From the human T2T-CHM13v2.0 reference genome, Homo sapiens, in the NCBI RefSeq assembly GCF_009914755.1, contig NC_060937.1: DNA of 64,000 bases; one strand, written 5' to 3'. Below the pieces are notes generated by a model. It was not told the DNA's origin. It did no database searches and saw nothing but the letters and a program-made list of their open reading frames with translations. Both the position numbers and the translations under genes were made by a program. Below, one piece after another: positions 47,501-61,500 of the stretch (position 1 is its first letter; every line of letters begins with the position of its first letter).

Positions 47501-50500
47501 TGTTCATAAAATATGAAAGTACATCAAATATATATTTTATTCTGTACATAAAATATCAAAGTACACTAAATATATATTCTATAGTGTACATAAAATATCA
47601 AAGTACCCAAACTATACATTATATACTGTACCTAAAATATGAAATTACATCAAATATATATTATATTAGGTACATAAAATATGAAAGTACATCAAATATA
47701 TATTATATACTGTACATAAAATACAAAAGTACCCCAAATACATATTATATACTGTACATGAAATATCAAAGTTCACAAACTATATATTATATACTGTACA
47801 TAAAATATCAAAGTACCGAAGGTAAATATTCTATACTGTACAAAAAATATCAAAGTACCAAAAGCATGTATTATATACTGTACATAAAATATGATCGTAC
47901 ATCAAATATATATTTTATTCTGTACATAAAATATCAAAGTACACCAAATATATATTCTATAGTGTACATAAAATATCAAAGTACCCAAACTATACATTAT
48001 ATACTGTACATAAAACATGAAATTACATCAAATATATATTATATTTGGTACATAAAATATGAAAGTACATCAAATATAAATTATATACTGTACATAAAAT
48101 ACCAAAGTACCCCAAATATATATTATATACTGTACATGAAATATCAAAGTTCACAAACTATATATTATATACTGTACATAAAATATCAAAGTACCGAAAG
48201 TATATATTCTATACTGTACAAAAAATATCAAAGTACCCAAAGCATGTATTATATACTGTACATACAATATGAAAGTACATCAAATATATATTTTATTCTG
48301 TACATAAAATATCAAAGTACACCAAATATATATTCTATAGTGTACATAAAATATCAAAGTACCCAAACTATACATTATATACTGTACATAAAATATGAAA
48401 TTACATCAAATATATATTATATTAGGTACATAAAATATGAAAGTACATCAAATATAGATTATATACTGTACATAAAATACCAAAGGACCCCAAATATATA
48501 TTATATACTGCACATGAAATATCAAAGTTCACAAACTATATATTATATACTGTACATAAAATATCAAAGTACCCAAGGTATATATTCTATACTGTACAAA
48601 AAATATCAAAGTACCCAAAGCATGTATTATATACTGTTCATAAAATATGAAAGTACATCAAATATATATTTTATTCTGTACATAAAATATCAAAGTACAC
48701 CAAATATATATTCTATAGTGTACAACAAATATCAAACTACCCAAACTATACATTATATACTGTACATAAAATATGAAATTACATCAAATATATATTATAT
48801 TAGGTACATAAAATATGAAAGTACATCAAATATATATTATATACTCTATATAAAATACCAAATTACCCCAAATACATATTATATACTGTACATGCAATAT
48901 CAACGTTCACAAACCATATATTATATACTGTACATAAAATATCAAAGTACCAAAGCTATATATTCTATACTGTACAAAAAATATCAAAGTACCCAAAGCA
49001 TGTATTATATACTGTACATAAAATATGAAAGTACATCAAATATATATTTTATTCTGTACATAAAATATCAAAATACACCAAATATATATTCTATAGTGTA
49101 CATAAAATATTAAAGTACCCAAACTATACATTATATACTGTACATAAAATATGAAATTACATCAAATATATATTATATTAGGTACATAAAATATGAAAGT
49201 ACATCAAATATAAATTATATACTGTACATAAAATACCAAAGTACCCCAAATATATATTATATACTGTACATGAAATATCAAAGTTCACAAACTATATATT
49301 ATATACTGTACATAAAATATCAAAGTACCGAAGGTATATATTCTATACTGTACAAAAAATATCAAAGTACGCACAACATGAATTATATACTGTACATAAA
49401 ATATGAAAGTACATCAAATATATATTTTATTCTGTACATAAAATATCAAAGTACACCAAATATATATTCTATAGTGTACATAAAATATCAAAGTACCCAA
49501 ACTATACATTATATACTGTACATAAAATATGAAATTACATCAAATATATATTATATTAGGTACATAAAATATGAAAGTACATCAAATATAGATTATATAC
49601 TGTACATAAAATACCAAAGAACCCCAAATATATATTATATACTGTACATGAAATATCAAAGTTCACAAACTATATATTATATACTGTACATAAAATATCA
49701 AAGTACCCAAGTTATATATTCTATACTGTACAAAAAATATCAAAGTACCCAAAGCATGTATTATATACTGTTCATAAAATATGAAAGTACATCAAATATA
49801 TATTTTATTCTGTACATAAAATATCAAAGTACACCAAATATATATTCTATAGTGTACAACAAATATCAAACTACCCAAACTATACATTATATACTGTACA
49901 TAAAATATGAAATTACATCAAATATATATTATATTAGGTACATAAAATATGAAAGTACATCAAATATATATTATATACTCTACATAAAATACCAAAGTAC
50001 CCCAAATACATATTATATACTGTACATGCAATATCAAAGTTCACAAACCATATATTATATACTGTACATAAAATATCAAAGTACCAAAGCTATATATTCT
50101 ATACTGTACAAAAAATATCAAAGTACCCAAAGCATGTATTACATACTGTACATAAAATATGAAAGTACATCAAATATATATTTTATTCTGTACATAAAAT
50201 ATCAAAGTACACCAAATATATATTCTATAGTGTACATAAAATATCAAATTACCCAAACTATACATTATATCCTGTACATAAAATATGAAATTACATCAAA
50301 TATATATTATATTAGGTACATAAAATATGAAAGTACATCAAATATAAATTATATACTGTACATAATATACCAAAGAACCTCAAATATATATTATATACTG
50401 TACATGAAATATCAAAGTTCACAAGCTATATATTATATATTGTACATAAAATATCAAAGTACCCAAGGTATATATTCTATACTGTACAAAAAATATCAAA

Positions 50501-52200
50501 GTACCCAAAGCATGTATTATATACTGTTCATAAAATATGAAAGTACATCAAATATATATTTTATTCTGTACATAAAATATCAAACTACACCAGATATATA
50601 TTCTATAGTGTACATAAAATATCAAAGTACCCAAACTATACATTATATACTGTACATAAAATATGAAATTACATCAAATATATATTATATTAGGTACATA
50701 AAATATGAAAGTACATCAAATATATATTATATACTGTACATAAAATACAAAAGTACCCCAAATACATATTATATACTGTACATTGAATATCAAAGTTCAC
50801 AAACTATATATTATATACTGTACATAAAATATCAAAGTACCGAAGGTATATATTCTATACTGTAAAAAAATATCAAAGTGCGCAAAGCATGTATTATATA
50901 CTGTACATAAAATATGAAAGTACATCAAATATATATTTTATTCTGTACATAAAATATCAAAGTACACCAAATATATATTCTATAGTGTACATAAAATATC
51001 AAAGTACCCAAACTATACATTATATACTGTACATAAAATATGAAATTACATCAAATATATATTATAATAGGTACATAAAATATGAAAGTACATCAAATAT
51101 AAATTATATACTGTACATAAAATACCAAAGAACCCCAAATATATATTATATACTGTACATGAAATATCAAAGTTCACAAACTATATATTATATACTGTAT
51201 ATAAAATATCAAAGTACCCAAGTTATATATTCTATACTGTACAAAAAATATCAAAGTACCCAAAGCATGTATTATATACTGTTCATAAAACATGAAAGTA
51301 CATCAAATATATATTTTATTCTGTACATAAAATATCAAAGTACACCAAATATATATTCTATAGTGTACATTAAATATCAAAATACCCAAACTGTACATTA
51401 TATACTGTACATAAAATATGAAATTACATCAAATATATATTATATTAGGTACATAAAATATGAAAGTACATCAAATATAGATTACATACTGTACAAAAAA
51501 TACCAAAGTACCCCAAATACATATTATATACTGTACATGAAATATCAAAGTTCACAAACTATATATTATATACTGTACATAAAATATCAAAGTACCGAAG
51601 GTATATATTCTATACTGTACAAAAAATATCAAAGTACCCAAAGCATGTATTATATACTGTACATAAAATATGAAAGTACATCAAATATATATTTTATTCT
51701 GTACATAAAATATCAAAGTACACCAAATATATATTCTATAGTGTACATAAAATATCAAAAGTACCCAAACTATACATTATATACTGTACATAAAATATGA
51801 AATTACATCAAATATATATTATAATAGGTACATAAAATATGAAAGTACATCAAATATAGATTATATACTGTACATAAAATACCAAAGTACCCCAAATACA
51901 TATTATATACTGTACATGCAATATCAAAGTTCACAAACTATATATTATATACTGTACATAAAATATCAAAGTACCCAAGTTATATATTCTATACTGTACA
52001 AAAAATATCAAAGAACCCAAAGCATGTATTATATAAAGTACATAAAATATGAAAGTACATCAAATATATATTTTATTCTGTACATAAAATATCAAAGTAC
52101 ACCAAATATATATTCTATAGTGTACATAAAATATCAAAGTACCCAAACTATACATTATATACTGTACATAAAATATGAAATTACATCAAATATATATTAT
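38571..52200 (+). repeat. HSat1A domain 3, subfamily N (regular 378-bp HORs)
   Basis: Return to acaccaaat, ataccaaag and ctgtacatg; no 5-bp G deletions. The longest ORF-track entries (1007, 1364, 887 aa) fall here. Confidence 0.85.
38600..46400 (+). repeat. Nested ~4158-bp (11-HOR) periodicity in domain 3
   Basis: accgaagct 38744/42902 and ccgtac 41831/45989 (both offset 4158 = 11x378); cagtac 39395/43931 (4536 = 12x378). Confidence 0.75.
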
Positions 52201-55200
52201 ATTAGGTACATAAAATATGAAAGTACATCAAATATAGATTATATACTGTACATAAAATATCAAAGTACCCCTAATATATATTATATACTCTACATGAAAT
52301 GTCAAAGTTCACAAACTATATATTATATACTGTACATAAAATATCAAAGTACCCAAGGTATGTATTCTATACTGTCCAAAAAATATCAAAGTATCCAAAG
52401 CATGTATTATATACTGTATATAAAATATGAAAGTACATTAAATATATATTTTATTCTGTACATAAAATATCAAAGTACACCAGATATATATTCTATAGTG
52501 TACATAAAATAACAAAGTACACAAACTATAAATTATATACTGTACATAAAATATGAAATTACATCAAATATATATTAGGTACATAAAATATGAAAGTACA
52601 TCAAATATAGATTATATACTGTACATATAATATTAATGTACCCCAAATATATATTTTATACTCTACATGAAATATCAAAGTTCACAAACCATACATTATA
52701 TACTGTACATAAAATATCAAGGTACCCAAGGTATATATTCTATACTGTACAAAAAATATCAAAGTACCCAAAGCATGTATTTTATACTGTACATAAAATA
52801 TGAAAGTACATCAAATATATATTTTATTCTGTACATAAAATATCAAAGTACACCAGATATATATTCTATAGTGTACATAAAATATCAAAGTACCCAAACT
52901 ATACATTATATACTGTACATAAAATATGAAATTACATCAAATATATATTAGGTACATAAAATATGAAAGTACATCAAATATAGATTATATACTGTACATA
53001 AAATATCAATGTACCCCAAATATATATTATATGCTCTATATGAAATATCAAAGTTCACAAACTATATATTATATACTGTACATAAAATATCAAAGTACCC
53101 TAGGTATATATTCTATACTGTACAAAAAATATCAACGTACCCAAAGCATGTATTATATACTGTACATAAAATATGAAAGTACATCAAATATATATTTTAT
53201 TCTGTACATAAAATATCAAAGTACACCAGATATATATTCTCTAGTGTACATAAAATATCAAAGTACCCAAACTATACATTATGTACTGTACATAAAATAT
53301 GAAATTACATCAAATATATATTAGGTACATAAAATATGAAAGTACATCAAATATAGATTATATACTGTACATAAAATATCAAAGTAGCCCAAATATATAC
53401 TATATACTCTACATGAAATATCAAAGTTCAGAAACTATATATTATATACTGTACATAAAATATCAAAGTACCCAAGGTATATATTCTATACTGTACAAAA
53501 AATATCAAAGTACCCAAAGCATGTATTATATACTGTACATAAAATATGAAAGTACATCAAATATATATTTTATTCTGTACATAAAATATCAAAGTACACC
53601 AGATATATATTCTATAGTGTACATAAAATAACAAAGTACAAAAACTATAAATTATATACTGTACATAAAATATGAAATTACATCAAATATATATTAGGTA
53701 CATAAAATATGAAAGTACATCAAATATAGATTATATACTGTACATAAAATATCAATGTACCCCAAATATATATTTTATACTCTACATGAAATATCAAAGT
53801 TCACAAACCATATATTATATACTGTACTTAAAATATCAAAGTACCCAAGTTATATATTCTATACTATACAAAAAATATCAAAGTACCCAAAGCATGTATT
53901 ATATACTGTACATAAAATATGAAAGTACATCAAATATATATTTTATTCTGTACATAAAATATCAAAGTACACCAGATATATATTCTATAGTGTACATAAA
54001 ATATCAAAGTACCCAAACTATACACTATATACTGTACATAAATATGAGATTACATCAAATATATATATTAGGTACATAAAATATGAAAGTACATCAGATA
54101 TAGATTATATACTGTACATAAAATATCAATGTACCCCAAATATATATTTTATACTCTACATGAAATATCAAAGTTCACAAACTCTTTATTATATACTGTA
54201 CATAAAATATCAAAATACCCAAGGTATATATTCTATATTGTACAAAAAATATCAAAGTACCCAAAGCATGTATTATATACTGTATATAAAATATGAAAAT
54301 ACATCAAATATATATTTTATTCTGTACATAAAATATCAAAGTACACCAGATATATATTCTATAGTGTACATAAAATATAAAAGTACCCAAACTATACATT
54401 ATATACTGTACATAAAATATGAAATTACATCAAATATATATTATATTAGGTACATAAAATATGAAAGTACATCAAATATAGATTATATACTGTACATAAA
54501 ATATCAAAGTACCCCAAATATATATTATATACTCTACATGAAATATCAAAGTTCACAAACTATATATTATATACTGTACATAAAATATCAAAGTACCCAA
54601 GGTATATATTCTATACTGTACAAAAAATATCAAAGTACCCAAAGCATGTATTATATACTGTACATAAAATATGAAAGTACATCAAATATATATTTTATTC
54701 TGTACATAAAATATCAAAGTACACCAGATATATATTCTATAGTGTACATAAAATAACAAAGTACACAAACTATAAAATATATACTGTACATAAAATGTGA
54801 AATTACATCAAATATATATTAGGTACATAATATATGAAAGTACATCAAATATAGATTATATACTGTACATAAAATATCAATGTACCCCAAATATATATTT
54901 TATACTCTACATGAAATATCAAAGTTCACAAACCATATATTATATACTGTACATAAAATATCAAAGTACCCAAGGTATATATTCTATACTGTACAAAAAA
55001 TATCAAAGTACCCAAGCATGTATTATATACTGTACATAAAATATGAAACTACATCAAATATATATTTTATTCTGTACATAAAATATCAAAGTACACCAGA
55101 CATATATTCTATAGTGTACATAAAATATCAAAGTACCCAAACTATACATTATATACTGTACATAAAATATGAAATTACATCAAATATATATTATATTAGG

Positions 55201-58200
55201 TACATAAAATATGAAAGCACATCAAATATAGATTATATACTGTACATAAAATACCAAAGTACCCCAAACATATATTTTATACTGTACATCAAATATCAAA
55301 GTTCACAAAGTATATATTATATACTGTACATAAAATATCAAAGTACCCATGGAATATATTCTATACTGTACAAAAAATATCAAAGTACCCAAAGCATGTA
55401 TTATATACTGTATATAAAATATGAAAGTACATCACATATATTTTTTATTCTGTACATAAAATATCAAAGTACACCAGATATATATTCTATAGTGTACATA
55501 AAATAACAAAGTTCAAAAACTATAAATTATATGCTGTACATAAAATATGAAATTACATCAAATATATATTAGGTACATAAAATATGAAAGTACATCAAAT
55601 ATAGATTATATACTGTACATAAAATATCAATGTACCCCAAATATATATTTTATACTCTACATGAAATATGAAAGTTCACAAACCATATATTACATACTGT
55701 AAATAAAATATCAAAGTACCCAAGGTATATATTCTATACTGTACAAAAAATATCAAAGTACCCAAAGCATGTATTATATACTGTACATAAAATATGAAAC
55801 TACATCAAATATATATTTTATTCTGTACATAAAATATCAAAGTACACCAGATATATATTCTACAGTGTACATAAAATATCAACGTACCCAAACTCTACAT
55901 TATATACTGTACATAAAATATGAAATTACATCAAATATATATTATATTAGGTACATAAAATATGAAAGCACATCAAATATAGATTATATACTGTACTTTA
56001 AATACCAAAGTAACCCAAATATATATTTTATACTGTACATCAAATATCAAAGTTCACAAACTATATATTATATACTGTACATAAAATATCAAAGTACCCA
56101 TGGTATATATTCTATACTGTACAAAAAATATCAAAGTACCCAAAGCATGTATTATATACTGTACATAAAATATGAAAGTACATCAAATATATATTTTATT
56201 CTGTACATAAAATATCAAAGTACACCAGATATATATTCTATAGTGTACATAAAATATCAAAGTACCCAAACTATACATGATATACTGTACATAAAATATG
56301 AAATTACATCAAATATATATTATATTAGGTACATAAAATATGAAAGTACATCAAATATAGATTATATACTGTACATAAAATATCAAAGTACCCCAAATAT
56401 ATATTATATACTCTACATGAAATATCAAAGTTCACAAACTATATATTATATACTGTACATAAAATATCAAAGTACCCAAAGTATATATTCTATACTGTAT
56501 AAAAAATATCAAAGTATCCAAAGCATGTATTATATACTGTATATAAAATATGAAAGTACATTAAATATATATTTTATTCTCTACATAAAATATCAAAGTA
56601 CACCAGATATATATTCTATAGTGTACATAAAATAACAAAGTACACAAACTATAAAATATATACTGTACATAAAATATGAAATTTCATCAAATATATATTA
56701 GGTACATAAAATATGAAAGTACATCAAATATAGATTATATACTGTACATATAATATCAATGTACCCCAAATATATATTTTATACTCTACATGAAATATCA
56801 AAGTTCACAAACCATACTTTATATACTGTACATAAAATATCAAAGTACCCAAGGTATATATTCTATACTGTACAAAAAATATCAAAGTACCCAAAGCATG
56901 TATTATATACTATACATAAAATATGAAAGTACATCAAATATATATTTTATTCTGTACATAAAATATCAAAGTACACCAGATATATATTCTATAGTGTACA
57001 TAAAATATCAAAGTACCCAAACTATGCATTATATACTGTACATAAAATATGAAATTACATCAAATATATATTAGGTACATAAAATATGAAAGTACATCAA
57101 ATATAGATTATAAACTGTACATAAAATATCAAAGTACCCCAAATATATATTATATACTCTACATGAAATATCAAAGTTCACAAACTATATATTATATACT
57201 GTACATAAAATATCAAAGTACCCAAGGTATATATTCTATACTGTACAAAAAATATCAAAGTACCCAAAGCATGTATTATATACTGTACATAAAATATGAA
57301 AGTACATCAAAAATATATTTTATTCTGTACATAAAATATCAAAGTACACCGGATATATATTCTATAGTGTACATAAAATAACAAAGTACACAAACTGTAA
57401 ATTATATACTGTACATAAAATATGAAATTACATCAAATATATATTAGGTACATAAAATATGAAAGTACATCAAATATAGATTATATACTGTACATAAAAT
57501 ATCAATGTACCCCAAATATATATTTTATACTCTACATGAAATATCAAAGTTCACAAACCATATATTATATACTGCACATAAAATATCAAAGTACCCAAGG
57601 TATATATTCTATACTGTACAAAAAATATCAAAGTACCCAAAGGATGTATTATATACTGTACATAAAATATGAAACTACATCAAATATATATTTTATTCTG
57701 TACATAAAATATCAAAGTACACCAGATATATATTCTATAGTGTACATAAAATATCAAAGTACCCAAACTATACATTATATACTGTACATAAAATATGAAA
57801 TTACATCAAATATATATTATATTAGGTACATAAAATATGAAAGCACTTCAAATATAGATTATATACTGTACATTAAATACCAAAGTACCCCAAACATATA
57901 TTTTATACTGTACATCAAATATCAAAGTTCACAAACTATATATTATATACTGTACATAAAATATCAAAGTACCCATGGTATATATTCTATACTGTACAAA
58001 AAATATCAAAGTACCCAAAGCATGTATTATATACTGTATATAAAATATGAAAGCACATCACATATATTTTTTATTCTGTGCATAAAATATCAAAGTACAC
58101 CAGATATATATTCTATAGTGTACATAAAATAACAAAGTTCAAAAACTATAAATTATATGCTGTACATAAAATATGAAATTACATCAAATATATATTAGGT

Positions 58201-61200
58201 ACATAAAATATGAAAGTACATCAAATATAGATTATATACTGTACATAAAATATCAATGTACCCCAAATATATATTTTATACTCTACATGAAATATGAAAG
58301 TTCACAAACCATATATTATATACTGTAAATAAAATATCAAAGTACCCAAGGTATATATTCTATACTGTACAAAAAATATCAAAGTACCCAAAGCATGTAT
58401 TATATACTGTACATAAAATATGAAACTACATCAAATATATATTTTATTCTGTACATAAAATATCAAAGTACACCAGATATATATTCTACAGTGTACATAA
58501 AATATCAACGTACCCAAACTATACATTATATACTGTACATAAAATATGAAATTACATCAAATATATATTATATTAGGTACATAAAATATGAAAGCACATC
58601 AAATATAGATTATATACTGTACTTTAAATACCAAAGTAACCCAAATATATATTTTATACTATACATCAAATATCAAAGTTCACAAACTATATATTATATA
58701 CTGTACATAAAATATCAAAGTACCCATGGTATATATTCTATACTGTACAAAAAATATCAAAGTACCCAAAGCATGTATTATATACTGTACATAAAATATG
58801 AAAGTACATCAAATACATATTTTATTCTGTACATAAAATATCAAAGTACACCAGATATATATTCTATAGTGTACATAAAATATCAAAGTACCCAAACTAT
58901 ACATTATATACTGTACATAAAATATGAAATTACATCAAATTTATATTAGGTACATAAAATATGAAAGTACATCAAATATAGATTATATACTGTACATAAA
59001 ATATCAAAGTACCCCAAATATATATTATATACTCTACATGAAATATCAAAGTTCACAAACTATATATTATATACTGTACATAAAATATCCAAGTACCCAA
59101 GGTATATATTCTATACTGTACAAAAAATATCAACGTACCCAAAGCATGTATTACATACTCTATATAAAATATGAAAGTACATCACATATATATTTTATAT
59201 TGTACATAAAATATCAAAGTACACCAGATATATATTCTATAGTGTACATAAAATAACAAAGTCCAAAAACTATAAATTATATGCTGTACATAAAATATGA
59301 AATTACATCGAATATATATTAGGTACATAAAATATGAAAGTACATTAAATATACATTATATACTGTACATAAAATATCAATGTACCCCAAATATATATTT
59401 TATACTCTACATGAAATATCAAAGTTCACAAACCATATATTATATACTGTACATAAAATATCAAACTACCCAAGGTATATATTTTATACTGTACAAAAAA
59501 TATCAAAGTACCCAAAGCATGTATTATATACTGTACATAAAATATGAAATTACATCAAATATATATTTTATTCTGAACATAAAATATCAAAGTACACCAG
59601 ATATATATTCTATAGTGTACATAAAATATCAAAGTACCCAAACTATACATTATATACTGTACATAAAATATGAAATTACATCAAATATATATTATATTAG
59701 GTACATAAAATATGAAAGCACATCAAATATAGATTATATACTGTACATTAAATACCAAAGTACCCCAAATATATATTTTATACTGTACATCAAATATCAA
59801 AGTTCACAAACTATATATTATATACTGTACATAATATATCAAAGTACACATGGCATATATTCTATACTGTACAAAAAATATCAAAGTACCCAAAGCATGT
59901 ATTATATACTGTATATAAAATATGAAAGTACATCACATATATATTTTATTCTGTACATAAAATATCAAAGTACACCAGATATATATTCTATAGTGTACAT
60001 AAAATAACAAAGTTCAAAAACTATAAATTATATGCTGTACATAAAATATGAAATTACATCAAATATATATTAGGTACATAAAATATGAATGTACATCAAA
60101 TATAGATTATATACTGTACATAAAATATCAATGTACCCCAAATATATATTTTATACTCTACATGAAATATGAAAGTTCACAAACTATATATTATATACTG
60201 TACATAAAATATCAAAGTACCCAAGGTATATATTCTATACTGTACAAAAAATATCAAAGTACCCAAAGCATGTATTATATACTGTACATAAAATATGAAA
60301 CTACATCAAATATATATTTTATTCTGTACATAAAATATCAAAGTACACCAGATATATATTCTATAGTGTACATAGAATATCAAAGTACACAAACTATACA
60401 TTATATACTGTACATAAAATATGAAATTACATCAAATATATATTAGGTACATAAAATATGAAAGTACATCAAATATAGATTATATACTGTACATAAAATA
60501 TCAGAGTACCCCAAATATATATTATATACACTACATGAAATATCAAAGTTCACAAACTGTATATTATATACTGTACATAAAATATCAAAGTACCCAAGGT
60601 ATATATTCTATACTGTACAAAAAATATCAAAATAGCCAAAGCATGTATTATATACTGTACATAAAATATGAAAGTACATCAAATATATATTTTATTCTGT
60701 ACATAAATTATGAAAGTACACCAGGTATATATTCTATAGTGTACATAAAATAACAAAGTACACAATCTATAAATTATATACTGTACATAAAATATGAAAT
60801 TACATCAAATATATATTAGGTACATAAAATATGAAAGTACATCAAATATAGATTATATACTGTACATAAAATATCAATGTACCCCAAATATATATTTTAT
60901 ACTCTACATGAAATATCAAAGTTCACAAACCATATATTAAATACTGTACATAAAATATCAAAGTACCCAAGGTATATATTCTGTACTATACAAAAAATAT
61001 CAAAGTACACAAAGCATTTATTATATACTGTACATAAAATATGAAAGTACATCAAATATATATTTTATTCTCTATATAAAATATCAAAGTACACCAGATA
61101 TATATTCTATAGTGTACATAAAATATCAAAGTACCCAAACTATACATTATACACTGTACATAAAATATGAAATTACATCAAATATATATTATATTAGGTA

Positions 61201-61500
61201 CATAAAATATGAAAGCACATCAAATATAGATTATATACTGTACATAAAATACCAAAGTACCCCAAATATATATTTTATACTGTACATGAAATATCAAAGT
61301 TCACAAACTATATATTATATACTGTACATAAAATATCAAAGTACCCAAGGTATATATTCTATACTGTACAAAAAATATCAAAGTACCCAAAGCATGTATT
61401 ATATACTGTACATAAAATATGAAAGTACATCAAATATATATTTAATTCTGTACATAAAATATCAAAGTACACCAGATATATATTCTATAGTGTACATAAA
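52201..61500 (+). repeat. HSat1A domain 4, subfamily D
   Basis: ctctacatg from ~52288, accagat from ~52478, 5-bp G deletion from ~52570; last accagat at 61471. Confidence 0.85.
54790..60450 (+). repeat. Nested repeat in domain 4: two copies at offset 2625-2626 plus a partial third copy (+1875)
   Basis: ORF starts 54797/57422/59297 and 55769/58395. Shared gaaagCac, tacatCaaatatcaaagttc, catgg, catcaCata and aaagttcaaaaactataaattatatgctg variants. Confidence 0.8.

Noticed and set aside
30830-50600. Isolated opposite-subfamily bases (accaaat at ~30840, accagat at ~50588) as conversion tracts
   Set aside because: Single-base differences without linked markers cannot be distinguished from point mutation.
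9055-51762. Recurrent +1 A (tatcaaaagtac) in monomer F at ~9058, 30497, 36275 and 51757 as a hotspot
   Set aside because: Two of the four are explained by one duplication. The others could be homopolymer slippage or sequencing error, and there are too few to support a claim.
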